IMG/VR virus record: IMGVR_UViG_3300045988_019667
Source of the DNA: a virus
Direction: 5' to 3' (one strand)
Length of the DNA stretch: 55,059 nt
The translations under genes and the position numbers were made by a program. Position 1 is the first letter of the stretch. Every line of letters begins with the position of its first letter. Shown piece by piece: positions 32,742-41,851 of this stretch. The notes beneath the pieces are model-generated. The model was not told the origin of the DNA. It did not search any database and was given only the letters and a program-made list of their open reading frames with translations.

Positions 32742-32821
32742 GCGGTGCGGAGCTACACAAGGAGGCGACGCCTTCCCCCGGTGACGGGGGGGGGTGATCC
32801 TGAGGACAGGAGTACCTGATT

Positions 32822-35239
32822 ATGAACTATGACAGACAAATCACCATATCCGTAGGTAACAACCGCCGCGATATGGTCTGGAAACAGACGGTGCTGACCG
32901 TCGAAGAACTCTATAAACGGCTGTCTACCCCGGTCCGTGGAGCTGAAACCCTGCAAGATTATCTGCATCTGAGGAAGTCGCAGCAGGACGACCTGAAGGA
33001 TGTTGGCGGCTTTGTGGGTGGCTCCCTGCTGGGGCAGCGCCGCAAGGCAAACAACGTGACCGGGCGCGACATCATCACGCTTGACTTTGATAATGTTCCC
33101 GGCTGGCAGACGGAAACCATCATCGGCAAAATGGACGAGCTGGGCTTCAGCTACTGCATTTACAGCACCCGCAAGCACACGCCTGAGCGCCCGCGTCTGC
33201 GCGTTGTCGTCCCGACTGACCGGACTATGACCCCGGACGAATACGAGCCATGCGCGCGCCGTGTGGCCGCCCATGTGGGCATCGGCATGGCCGACCCGAC
33301 CACCTTTGAGACGGTCCGGCTCATGTACTGGCCTTCCTGCTGCTGCGACAGTGAGTTCGTCTACAAGGCCGTAGACGCACCGCTGATCTCCGCAGACGCC
33401 CTTCTGGGTACATACGCCGACTGGCACGATCTGACGAGCTGGCCGGTGGTCCCCGGCGCTACCAGCTATCAGAAGCTGGCCATGAAGCAGGGTGACCCTG
33501 AAGAAAAGCAGGGGCTTGTGGGCGCCTTCTGCCGCACCTATAACGTGCTGGCGGCTATGGGCGCCTACCTGCCCGGCATCTATGAGGCCGTGGACAACGA
33601 CCCTGGCCGTTATACCTATCTGGGCGGTTCCACCACGGGCGGCGCGATCATCTACGACGACGGCAAGTTCCTGTTCAGCCACCATGCGACGGACCCGTGC
33701 AGTGGGCGGCTGGTCAATGCCTTTGATCTGATCCGGCTACACAAGTTCGGGGACAAGGACGATAATGCTTCGCCGGAAACGCCCATTGCAAAGCTCCCGT
33801 CCTACAAGGCTATGTGCGATCTGGCGCTGGCCGACAAGACCGTATGCGCCACACTCAACCGCGAACAGCACGAACAGGCTATGCGGGAGTTCGAGGGCAT
33901 GGGCAACGACCCCACGCCGGAAGACGACACCGCATGGGCTGAGAAGTTGCAGCGCACGCAGGACGGCAAGATTAAGAGCACCATTGACAATGTGCTCATT
34001 ATCCTTGACGGCGACCCGCTCCTGAAGGGCAAGTTCGCGCTCAACCAGTTCGCTGGGCGCGGCGAGGTGCTGGGGCCGCTGCCGTGGAAGAAGGACGGCA
34101 AACGCCGCCTGTGGTCTGACACGGACAGCAACGGCCTGTACTGGTACATGGAACGCTTCTGGGGCATTTCCGGACGCGGCAACATCGACAGCGCCCTTGA
34201 CATCCACGCCTCGCAGCACGCCTTCAACGAGGTCCGCGAGTACATCGAGCGCCTGACATGGGACGGTGTGCCCCGGCTGGACACGCTGTTCATTGACTAC
34301 CTCGGTGCCAAAGATACGGCCTACAATCGCGCTGTGTGCCGCAAGAGCTTCACCGCAGCCGTTACCCGCGCTATGATCCCCGGCTACAAGTACGACAATA
34401 TGGTCATTCTCGCTGGGCCGCAGGGCATCGGCAAAAGTACCCTGCTGGATAAAATGTCCCGTGGCTGGTTCAACGACAGCATCCGCACCTTCGAGGGCAA
34501 GGACGCATCAGAGCTGCTTCAGGGCGTGTGGCTGGTGGAGGTGTCAGAGCTGGACGCTTTCCGCAAGACAGACGTCGCTCGCATCAAGCAGTTCCTCTCC
34601 CTGCGTGCCGACCGCTACCGCGCAGCGTATGGCCGTCACGTCTCGGAGCTGCCCCGGCAGTGCGTGTTCTTCGGCTCCACCAATACGACGGACTTCCTTC
34701 AGGATACGACCGGCAACCGGCGTTTCTGGCCCGTGGACGTGGGCGAGCAGCCGCACGCCAAAACCGTGTGGCGCGACCTGACCGACGATGTTATCGACCA
34801 ACTGTGGGCGGAGGCAAAGGCCCGCTGGCAGGCTGGCGAATCGCTGTACCTCTCCGGTGACGTGGAGCAGGAGGCGAAGATCAAGCAGGAGGAACACCGC
34901 GAGGTGTCCGTCCGTGAGGGCATGATCGAGGAGTTCGTCGAAAAGCAGGTGCCGGTGGACTGGGCGAAATGGCCGCTTGACAGACGGCGGGATTACTGGT
35001 GCGGAGCTACACGGACACCGGACGGACAGGAGCTTGAGCTTGTGGACCGTGACCGTATTTCCGCCGTGGAAATCTGGTGCGAGCGCCTGAACGGAAATAT
35101 CCGTGACATGAAGCCTGCTGACACGCGGGAAATCAATGCCATTCTGGCAAAGATGGACGGCTGGAAGCGGAACAATAACCCTCTCCGTTTTGGCCCATAC
35201 GGTCAGCAGCGCGGCTTTGCCCGTGTCCGTCGCCGGTAA
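32822..35239 (+). CDS. DNA primase/helicase (N-terminal primase-like domain plus VirE-family P-loop NTPase)
   Basis: ITLDFDN acidic motif. Walker A GPQGIGKST, Walker B LVEVSELD. 805 aa. Confidence 0.8.
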   Translation: MNYDRQITISVGNNRRDMVWKQTVLTVEELYKRLSTPVRGAETLQDYLHLRKSQQDDLKDVGGFVGGSLLGQRRKANNVTGRDIITLDFDNVPGWQTETIIGKMDELGFSYCIYSTRKHTPERPRLRVVVPTDRTMTPDEYEPCARRVAAHVGIGMADPTTFETVRLMYWPSCCCDSEFVYKAVDAPLISADALLGTYADWHDLTSWPVVPGATSYQKLAMKQGDPEEKQGLVGAFCRTYNVLAAMGAYLPGIYEAVDNDPGRYTYLGGSTTGGAIIYDDGKFLFSHHATDPCSGRLVNAFDLIRLHKFGDKDDNASPETPIAKLPSYKAMCDLALADKTVCATLNREQHEQAMREFEGMGNDPTPEDDTAWAEKLQRTQDGKIKSTIDNVLIILDGDPLLKGKFALNQFAGRGEVLGPLPWKKDGKRRLWSDTDSNGLYWYMERFWGISGRGNIDSALDIHASQHAFNEVREYIERLTWDGVPRLDTLFIDYLGAKDTAYNRAVCRKSFTAAVTRAMIPGYKYDNMVILAGPQGIGKSTLLDKMSRGWFNDSIRTFEGKDASELLQGVWLVEVSELDAFRKTDVARIKQFLSLRADRYRAAYGRHVSELPRQCVFFGSTNTTDFLQDTTGNRRFWPVDVGEQPHAKTVWRDLTDDVIDQLWAEAKARWQAGESLYLSGDVEQEAKIKQEEHREVSVREGMIEEFVEKQVPVDWAKWPLDRRRDYWCGATRTPDGQELELVDRDRISAVEIWCERLNGNIRDMKPADTREINAILAKMDGWKRNNNPLRFGPYGQQRGFARVRRR

Positions 35240-35346
35240 CGAAATAGGCGTTACAAACGGGGGTGTTACAAGCGGAAACGGCGTCGAAGCTGTAACACCT
35301 ATGCCGTTACAGAAATTTTTTGTGTAACCCCTGTTGTAACACCATC

Positions 35347-35486
35347 TGTAACCCCGAAAAGCCCGTATTTCAAAGGCTTTTCGGCTTGGTGTTACAATGT
35401 TACATACTTTTCCTATTGAATACTTGTAATAAAGGGCGCACGGGCGTTATACGCCATAGCGCCTATACGCACGGGGAATTATAGGA
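35347..35486. repeat. Dispersed repeat copy B (core shared with 11900..12038), inside a GTAAC/GTTAC motif array
   Basis: Same conserved blocks as copy A. I count 11 GTAAC/GTTAC pentamers between 35236 and 35505. It begins at the primase stop codon. Confidence 0.85.
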
Positions 35487-35520
35487 TTTTATCCCCAACT
35501 GTAACAGGAGGAACTATTGA

Positions 35521-35838
35521 ATGCTTGAATCCTATTACGAAAATAAGCTGAGAACCGGCGTCCAGAAGCTGGGAAACGGCGTCCGGTGTCTGAAGTTTGA
35601 AAGCCCCGGTTTCTCCGGTGTTCCTGACAGGATCATCCTGCTTCCCGGTGCAAAGGTGATTTTTGTAGAGATGAAGAAGCCGGGAAAAATGGAACGCAAG
35701 CGGCAGCTTTATGTGCAAGGGCTGTTGCGCGCATTGGGCTTTGAAGTTTTCTCGGCGGTCGATAGCGTGGAGAAGATCGAAGCCGTGCTTGCACGATGCA
35801 GGGAGGTGCTGAGGGATGAAGGAATTTTGCCCGCATAA
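35521..35838 (+). CDS. VRR-NUC domain nuclease
   Basis: GVPDRIILLPG...IFVEMKKPG is a PD-(D/E)xK core. 105 aa. Confidence 0.75.
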   Translation: MLESYYENKLRTGVQKLGNGVRCLKFESPGFSGVPDRIILLPGAKVIFVEMKKPGKMERKRQLYVQGLLRALGFEVFSAVDSVEKIEAVLARCREVLRDEGILPA

Positions 35839-37198
35839 CTATCAGCAGTATTGCATTGACCGGATCATTCGTGATCCGGCATTGGGGCTTTTCTTGGACA
35901 TGGGCCTCGGCAAAACGGCTATCACGCTGACCGCGATCAAGCGGCTGAAGTATGAATATTGGGCAGTGCGGAAGGTGCTTGTCATTGCTCCGAAGAAGGT
36001 AGCTGAAAGCACGTGGGACAAAGAAGCTGCAAAGTGGTCCCACCTCTCCTGCCTCCGGCTGGTACACGTCCTCGGCTCTGTGGGGCAGCGTACCGCAGCA
36101 CTGGCCCAAACGGCGGACGTTTATCTCATCAACCGCGAGAATGTGCAGTGGCTGGTGGGCTATTACGGGCACAGCTGGCCGTTCGATATGGTGGTCATCG
36201 ACGAAAGCAGCAGCTTCAAAAATCATCAAGCAAAGCGCTTCAAGGCGCTGAAGCTGGTGCGCTCTCGGATCAACCGCATTGTGGAGCTGACCGGCACGCC
36301 GAATCCTCGCAGCCTTATGGACCTGTGGGCGCAGGTGTATCTGCTGGACTGCGGGCAGCGGCTGGGCCGTACCATCACGTCATACCGCGACGCATACTTT
36401 GTGCCGGACAAGCGCAGCCGCACGACGATCTTCTCCTATGCGCCGAAGCTGGGTGCAGCGGACGAAATCTACAGGCGCATTTCTGACATCTGTATCAGCA
36501 TGAAATCGGAAGACTACCTCGACCTGCCGGAACTGATCTATGAGGACATCCCCGTCAAGCTGGACGCCGCAGCGCAGAAGGCTTACGACCGCTTGGAGCG
36601 GGACACGCTGCTTCAGGTGGACGAAACAGTCATCACGGCTGGCTCTGCTGCTACTCTGCGCGGCAAGCTCCTACAGCTCTGTAACGGCGCTGTGTACGAC
36701 GAGGACGGGAATGTCATCACCGTGCATGACTGCAAGATCGAGGCGCTGCTTGAGACTGTGGAGCAGCTGAACGGGCAGCACGCGATTATCTGCTACAATT
36801 TCAAGCATGACCGTGACCGGCTGTTGCAGGCGCTGGAAGCTACACGCCTACGGGTGAGAGTGTACGAGGGCAAAGCGGAAGAAGACGACTGGAACGCCGG
36901 TAACATCGACCTGCTGTTGATGCAGCCCGCGTCCTGTGGCTACGGCCTCAACCTGCAAGAGGGCGGCCATCACATCATTTGGTTCGGCCTGAACGACAGT
37001 TTGGAGCTGTACCAGCAGACCAATAAGCGCCTGCACCGGCAGGGGCAGCCGTGCCCCGTCATAGTCCACCATCTGGTGGTGCTGGGCGGCACGGATGAAG
37101 ACGTTATTAAATCTCTGGGCGGCAAAGCCAATGCACAGGATAGCCTGTTGGAAGCCCTGAAGGTTAGAATTCAGAAGGCTAAGGAGGCCGCAGCATGA
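35816..37198 (+). CDS. SNF2-family helicase
   Basis: Motif I LDMGLGKT, motif II VVIDESSSFKN, plus C-terminal helicase motifs (QPASCGYGLNLQ). Confidence 0.85.
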   Translation: MKEFCPHNYQQYCIDRIIRDPALGLFLDMGLGKTAITLTAIKRLKYEYWAVRKVLVIAPKKVAESTWDKEAAKWSHLSCLRLVHVLGSVGQRTAALAQTADVYLINRENVQWLVGYYGHSWPFDMVVIDESSSFKNHQAKRFKALKLVRSRINRIVELTGTPNPRSLMDLWAQVYLLDCGQRLGRTITSYRDAYFVPDKRSRTTIFSYAPKLGAADEIYRRISDICISMKSEDYLDLPELIYEDIPVKLDAAAQKAYDRLERDTLLQVDETVITAGSAATLRGKLLQLCNGAVYDEDGNVITVHDCKIEALLETVEQLNGQHAIICYNFKHDRDRLLQALEATRLRVRVYEGKAEEDDWNAGNIDLLLMQPASCGYGLNLQEGGHHIIWFGLNDSLELYQQTNKRLHRQGQPCPVIVHHLVVLGGTDEDVIKSLGGKANAQDSLLEALKVRIQKAKEAAA

Positions 37199-37692
37199 CT
37201 ATCAAAGAACTATCGCAACTCTACCACCTCAACCGTGAAATCGAAATGGACCAGCAGCGGCTGGCTGATTTGGACGACGAGATCAGGCGGGACGAAGACC
37301 GTCTCGCCCGCCTCGAAATGGAGGCTACCTCGGTATCAGGCCCGAACTATGACGGTATGCCCAAAGCCCCGTCCTATGGCGGGCGCTTGGAAATCACCGT
37401 TGCGGAACTGGTAGACCTGAAAGCCGCTATTACGCGCAAAAAAGCCCTACGCTCTGACTGCGCCATGACCATTCAGGCAAAGCAGATTCTTTGTCTGACA
37501 GAGCGCAACCGGCTTGAGCGGTATATTTCCAACCTGCCCGACAGCTTGCTTCGGATGATTTTTACATACCGCTTTATCAACGGCCTGACATGGGCGCAGG
37601 TGTCGGAAACAATCGGCATGAGGACAACGGAAGACAGTGTGAAAAAGCTGTGCTATCGCTTTCTGCACGACGAAAACACGAAGGGCGAATAA
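37195..37692 (+). CDS. Late-gene transcriptional activator (sigma-70 region-4-like, RinA/ArpU/DUF1492-type)
   Basis: 165 aa. C-terminal HTH FTYRFINGLTWAQVSETIGMRTTEDSVKKL. Located just upstream of the packaging/structural block. Confidence 0.6.
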   Translation: MTIKELSQLYHLNREIEMDQQRLADLDDEIRRDEDRLARLEMEATSVSGPNYDGMPKAPSYGGRLEITVAELVDLKAAITRKKALRSDCAMTIQAKQILCLTERNRLERYISNLPDSLLRMIFTYRFINGLTWAQVSETIGMRTTEDSVKKLCYRFLHDENTKGE

Positions 37693-37877
37693 GTTTGTCC
37701 CGAATGTCCTTAACATTTGACACGGCCTGTAGTATCATGGTTGCATGGATTTGTGGGCATGATCGAGGCGGCTTTTGGCTCTGCCTCCGGCCTTGCCGCT
37801 ATGCCCATAAATCCATAACAAGCCCGTGGCGCTCTGGCGTCATGGGCTTTAACTTTGTGGATAGGAGGCGCGGCGCT

Positions 37878-38552
37878 ATGATCTACCGGCAGGGACGCAA
37901 TTATGAAAATCTGAACAAAATGATTTATCGCGGTACGGGTAAATTCGACACGCCGCGCCTTGTTCCTGAAGCGTGCAATGCTGATAGCTTTATAGGCTTT
38001 AACTACGCGAAAAGCTGCAAGGACCCGCAGCACAAGGGCGTGCATTTTTTCATTGACGACTACCAATTTACGCGGCTGTGGACAAATCCGGACGCATACC
38101 TCGATATGCTGAGAGCGTTCAAGTGCGTTTTTACACCGGATTTCAGCACATACACCGATTTCCCGAAGGCCGTCCAAATTTGGAATCACTATCGCAAGCA
38201 CTGGCTCGGCGCGTATTGGCAGAGCAACGGAATCACCGTTATTCCGACGATTTCATGGAGCGACGAGAGCAGTTTTGACTGGTGCTTTGACGGTGAGCCT
38301 GTAGGCGGTGCCGTAGCGGTATCAAGCGTCGGTACGCAAATGAATGCGACCGCTCGCGCGCTGTTCCTCGCTGGCTACAAGGAAATGTTGGAGCGCTTGC
38401 AGCCCTCGCAAATTCTGTTTTACGGCTCTATTCCGGCTGAATGCAGCGGCGATAAAATCATTCCGATTTTGACGTTTCAGGACGGATTGAAGCGCCGCGT
38501 GAGTAAAAAGTTTACACAGGACGAAGGAAATTCACAGGAGGATGTGCTATAA
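37878..38552 (+). CDS. DUF4417-domain protein
   Basis: TAGGAGG RBS before ATG 37878. HFFIDDYQFTRLW...FTPDFSTYTDFP...WNHYRKHWLGAYWQSNGITVIPTISW pattern. Confidence 0.65.
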   Translation: MIYRQGRNYENLNKMIYRGTGKFDTPRLVPEACNADSFIGFNYAKSCKDPQHKGVHFFIDDYQFTRLWTNPDAYLDMLRAFKCVFTPDFSTYTDFPKAVQIWNHYRKHWLGAYWQSNGITVIPTISWSDESSFDWCFDGEPVGGAVAVSSVGTQMNATARALFLAGYKEMLERLQPSQILFYGSIPAECSGDKIIPILTFQDGLKRRVSKKFTQDEGNSQEDVL

Positions 38553-39118
38553 TGGGCGGTAGAGGTGGCAGCTATTCAAGGTCCGGCTTTTTAGGGCCTC
38601 GCGGAAAGCAGAAAACCGTTGATGAAGCGCTCGCCGGTTCTAACCCGCATTACAGAGAGGGCCGCGAGTGGCAGCAGAATTGCCAAAGGTGCATTTACGC
38701 TTATGAAATGCAGCGGCGCGGCTATGATGTTGAGGCTTTGCCCCGTATCTTTGACGGGACCGACCGCTTGCCGTATATGTACGACAAAAACGGCTGGCTT
38801 GCGGTCATGGACGGCGCAAAAGCTGTTGACTTTCCTTCCCGAAACACCATTCAGAAAATGGCAGATCAAATGGCGAACTGGGGCGACGGTGCCCGTGCAA
38901 TCGTTCGTGTCCAATGGAAGGGCGGCAGGTCCGGTCATGTATTTATGGCCGAACAGCAAAAGGGCGGCACAGTCTTCATGGACCCGCAGACCGGGCGCTA
39001 TGTTGATATTCACGTCTATATGGATCAGGCGGTCAAGGGCGCGACTAAACTTGTCAGGATCGACAACTTGAAGCCAACCGCACTACTCGAAAAATGCGTC
39101 AAAAAGCGCGACAAATAG
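38552..39118 (+). CDS. Papain-fold toxin-like protein (glutamine-deamidase/Tox-PL1-type Cys-His-Asp)
   Basis: NCQRCIYAYEMQRRGYDVEA (Cys), then RSGHVFMAEQQKGGTVFMDPQTG (His, Asp). N-terminus MGGRGGS. Confidence 0.55.
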   Translation: MGGRGGSYSRSGFLGPRGKQKTVDEALAGSNPHYREGREWQQNCQRCIYAYEMQRRGYDVEALPRIFDGTDRLPYMYDKNGWLAVMDGAKAVDFPSRNTIQKMADQMANWGDGARAIVRVQWKGGRSGHVFMAEQQKGGTVFMDPQTGRYVDIHVYMDQAVKGATKLVRIDNLKPTALLEKCVKKRDK

Positions 39119-39132
39119 GAGGTTATCAGAAC

Positions 39133-39294
39133 ATGGCAAAGACAACCAGTGGCCCCGCAAAGAAAACGGGCGGCAGTAAACCCGCAAAGGGGCGTGTTAT
39201 TACGCCGCCCAATGCGAGCAAGGAGCTTCCGAAGTCCTTCTATCAGCAGGACAAGGCTAAAGGTAAAAAGAAATCCGAAGTTCCGGACATCTAA
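39133..39294 (+). CDS. Small basic protein (53 aa, Lys/Pro-rich)
   Basis: TAGGAGG RBS; followed by a terminator. Confidence 0.5.
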   Translation: MAKTTSGPAKKTGGSKPAKGRVITPPNASKELPKSFYQQDKAKGKKKSEVPDI

Positions 39295-39310
39295 AGAGCA
39301 CAACGCTTCA

Positions 39311-39344
39311 ACCGTCAGCGGCTTTCCGCTGGCGGTATTTTTAT
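39311..39344 (+). terminator. Rho-independent terminator
   Basis: accgtcagcgg-cttt-ccgctggcggt (one G-U pair) followed by atttttat. Confidence 0.7.
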
Positions 39345-39366
39345 ACCCAAAAAGAGGTGAGACAAT

Positions 39367-40179
39367 ATGCAGCTTGACAGATTCAAGCATGAATTCAAGC
39401 GTCTGAATGGCGTTTATGCGACCGACAAGGCGGTGCTTTTCCGCGATCCGCTTGAGCTGTACAGCTTGACGACCGGCAAGATCATTGCATCCTTCAACAG
39501 CCTTGACGAAGCCCTGCATTTTGAGATTGACGGCAAGACCCTTGAGCAGCGGATCAGCGCATGGACGGAGATCACCTTCCCCGTAGAGCACGGCGGGCGT
39601 GGCGGCGGTTCCGGTATCGGTTTTAGCGGCGGCTGGCCGTCCTCTGGTGGCGGCAGCGGCAAGGACGAAACCACCGCAGACCTACCCGCGCGCATGAACG
39701 TCAAAATCGGCTCCAACCGTGTCTATGAGGACATGGTACGCGCCTTTGTGGCCGCACATGGCGACGCGCTGGAAGAACACGGCGTGGTCGTGGATGAACA
39801 GGGCTTTGCGACGAAATACCGTCACGGCAACGCGGGCAGCATTTCAGGGCTGACCGGCAACGGCAAAGAAATTGCCATTCACAACCACCCGCGCGACGGC
39901 TGGCCGACCTTCAGCAAAGAGGACGTTATCAACACCGCCCTCGGCACCCGGCGCGGCATTGTGGCCGTCAGCACCAAAACCGGACGCGGCGACGATACTG
40001 CGCGATATGCGGGCGTGTACACCTTCACGAAGGGCACGCACTTCAACGCTTCCGGCTTTGTAAAGGCGGTCAACAGCGCCCAGCTCAGCGGCAAGGACTA
40101 CAACGACGCCGTTTCTAAGTGGCTGAAAGCCAATCAGCAAAAATTCGGTTACAAGTACAGCTATCAGAAAGCGAAGTGA
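39367..40179 (+). CDS. RadC-like JAB/MPN domain protein with N-terminal domain and Gly-rich linker
   Basis: EEHGVVVDEQG ... IAIHNHPRDGWPTFSKEDV resembles the RadC-type E...HNHPSG..PS..D motif. Linker GGRGGGSGIGFSGGWPSSGGGSG. Confidence 0.55.
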   Translation: MQLDRFKHEFKRLNGVYATDKAVLFRDPLELYSLTTGKIIASFNSLDEALHFEIDGKTLEQRISAWTEITFPVEHGGRGGGSGIGFSGGWPSSGGGSGKDETTADLPARMNVKIGSNRVYEDMVRAFVAAHGDALEEHGVVVDEQGFATKYRHGNAGSISGLTGNGKEIAIHNHPRDGWPTFSKEDVINTALGTRRGIVAVSTKTGRGDDTARYAGVYTFTKGTHFNASGFVKAVNSAQLSGKDYNDAVSKWLKANQQKFGYKYSYQKAK

Positions 40180-40215
40180 CGAAGGAGGAAAAACCACTGA
40201 TAGGAGGTGTGAAGC

Positions 40216-40659
40216 GTGAGCAGACCACAAGACAAGAACCTCATTCCTCTGACCGAACGCAGCGAAGAAGAGGCTCACGCTATCCGCTCTGCTGGTGGTA
40301 AAGCCAGTCAGGAGAAACGCCGTGAGCGGCAAATGATGGCTGACCTTCTTGAGCTGTATTCCGGCCTCCCGATTACCGATAAGCGCAAGCAGAACCGCCT
40401 GAAAAAGCTGGGCATCCCGTCTGAGGTGCTGACCCAAAAAATGCTTGTGGCCGACGCCCTTATGCGGTCGGCGCAGGCGGGCAACACCTATGCGATCCAG
40501 CTCTATATGGACATCACCGGCGAAACCGGCTTGGGCGGCAGCGCAAAGGACAACAATCTGCTTGAAGCTATCCAGAATGCCACAAAGGAGGACGTGAACA
40601 CGGATGATATACCAGAACTTCAGCAAGCGGCAGCTTCTGACGCTGACGTGGTGGAATAA
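40216..40659 (+). CDS. terS: Terminase small subunit
   Basis: TAGGAGG RBS with GTG start. 147 aa, basic N-terminus. Overlaps terL by 56 nt. Confidence 0.65.
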   Translation: MSRPQDKNLIPLTERSEEEAHAIRSAGGKASQEKRRERQMMADLLELYSGLPITDKRKQNRLKKLGIPSEVLTQKMLVADALMRSAQAGNTYAIQLYMDITGETGLGGSAKDNNLLEAIQNATKEDVNTDDIPELQQAAASDADVVE

Positions 40660-41839
40660 GCCGCAGTTCATGGACTGTGACGGCATCATCTGTGACGGCT
40701 CTATCCGTTCCGGCAAGACCGTTTCCATGACAGACGGCTTTATCCTGTGGAGTATGAGCCGCTTTAACAATCAAAACTTCGCTATATGCGGCAAGACCAT
40801 CGAGAGCTTGCGCCGCAACGTTATAACCCTCATGCCGCAGTGGCTTGAGGGTATCTTTTCAATCACTGAACGCCGCAGTGAAAACAAGCTGATTATCACG
40901 TCTGGCGGCGTGACCAACAGCTACTATATGTTTGGCGGCAAGGACGAATCAAGTTACACACTGGTGCAGGGCATCACGCTTGCGGGCGTGCTGTTCGACG
41001 AAGTGGCCCTCATGCCTCGCTCTTTCGTGGAGCAGGCTATGGCTCGTTGCAGCGTGGCCGGTTCTAAGTTCTGGTTCAACTGCAACCCCGAAAACCCCGG
41101 TCACTGGTTCTATGTGGAATGGATCAAGAAAGCGCGAGAGCGGAACATCCTGTATCTGCACTTCACAATGGACGACAATCTGAGCCTTGCGCCTGAAATC
41201 AAGGCCAGATATGAGGGGATGTACACCGGCGTTTTCTACCGGCGTTATATCCTCGGTTTGTGGGTAAAGGCCGAGGGCCTTGTCTACCCCATGTTTGACC
41301 GCTCGGCGCATATCGTCCCGAAGGTCCCGGCGGTCAACCCACGGCACCGCTATTATGTGTCCGTGGACTACGGCACCGTCAACCCGTTTGCCGCTGGCCT
41401 GTACGACTATAGCCCCTCGGAGCAAAAGGCCGTCATGATTAAGGAGCTGTATTACAAAGGCGGCAGCAACAACCGTGTGGACAACGAGGCGTATTACAAG
41501 ATGCTGTGCGACCTGATCGGGGACTATCCGATCCAGTACATCATCATTGACCCGTCCGCGTCGTCCATGATTGAGACGATACAAAAATACGGTAAATACA
41601 TGGCTGTAAAGGCCGACAACGACGTTTTGAACGGCATTCAGGACGTTACAAAGTTCTTGAACGCCGGGTGCCTGTATTTCCACAAGAGCTGCAAAAGCAC
41701 CTTCGAGGAGTTTGAAACTTACTCGTGGGACGAGGAAAAGGCCGAAGACGCGGTTATCAAGGAAAACGACCATAGCATGGACCAGCTCAGATATTTCTGC
41801 CGGACTGCCCTGCGAAATGAACTGAAATGGATAGTTTAA
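40604..41839 (+). CDS. terL: Terminase large subunit (PBSX/Terminase_3-like)
   Basis: Walker A DGSIRSGKT, Walker B VLFDE, plus a C-terminal nuclease domain. Confidence 0.9.
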   Translation: MIYQNFSKRQLLTLTWWNKPQFMDCDGIICDGSIRSGKTVSMTDGFILWSMSRFNNQNFAICGKTIESLRRNVITLMPQWLEGIFSITERRSENKLIITSGGVTNSYYMFGGKDESSYTLVQGITLAGVLFDEVALMPRSFVEQAMARCSVAGSKFWFNCNPENPGHWFYVEWIKKARERNILYLHFTMDDNLSLAPEIKARYEGMYTGVFYRRYILGLWVKAEGLVYPMFDRSAHIVPKVPAVNPRHRYYVSVDYGTVNPFAAGLYDYSPSEQKAVMIKELYYKGGSNNRVDNEAYYKMLCDLIGDYPIQYIIIDPSASSMIETIQKYGKYMAVKADNDVLNGIQDVTKFLNAGCLYFHKSCKSTFEEFETYSWDEEKAEDAVIKENDHSMDQLRYFCRTALRNELKWIV

Positions 41840-41851
41840 GGCGGTGACGAA

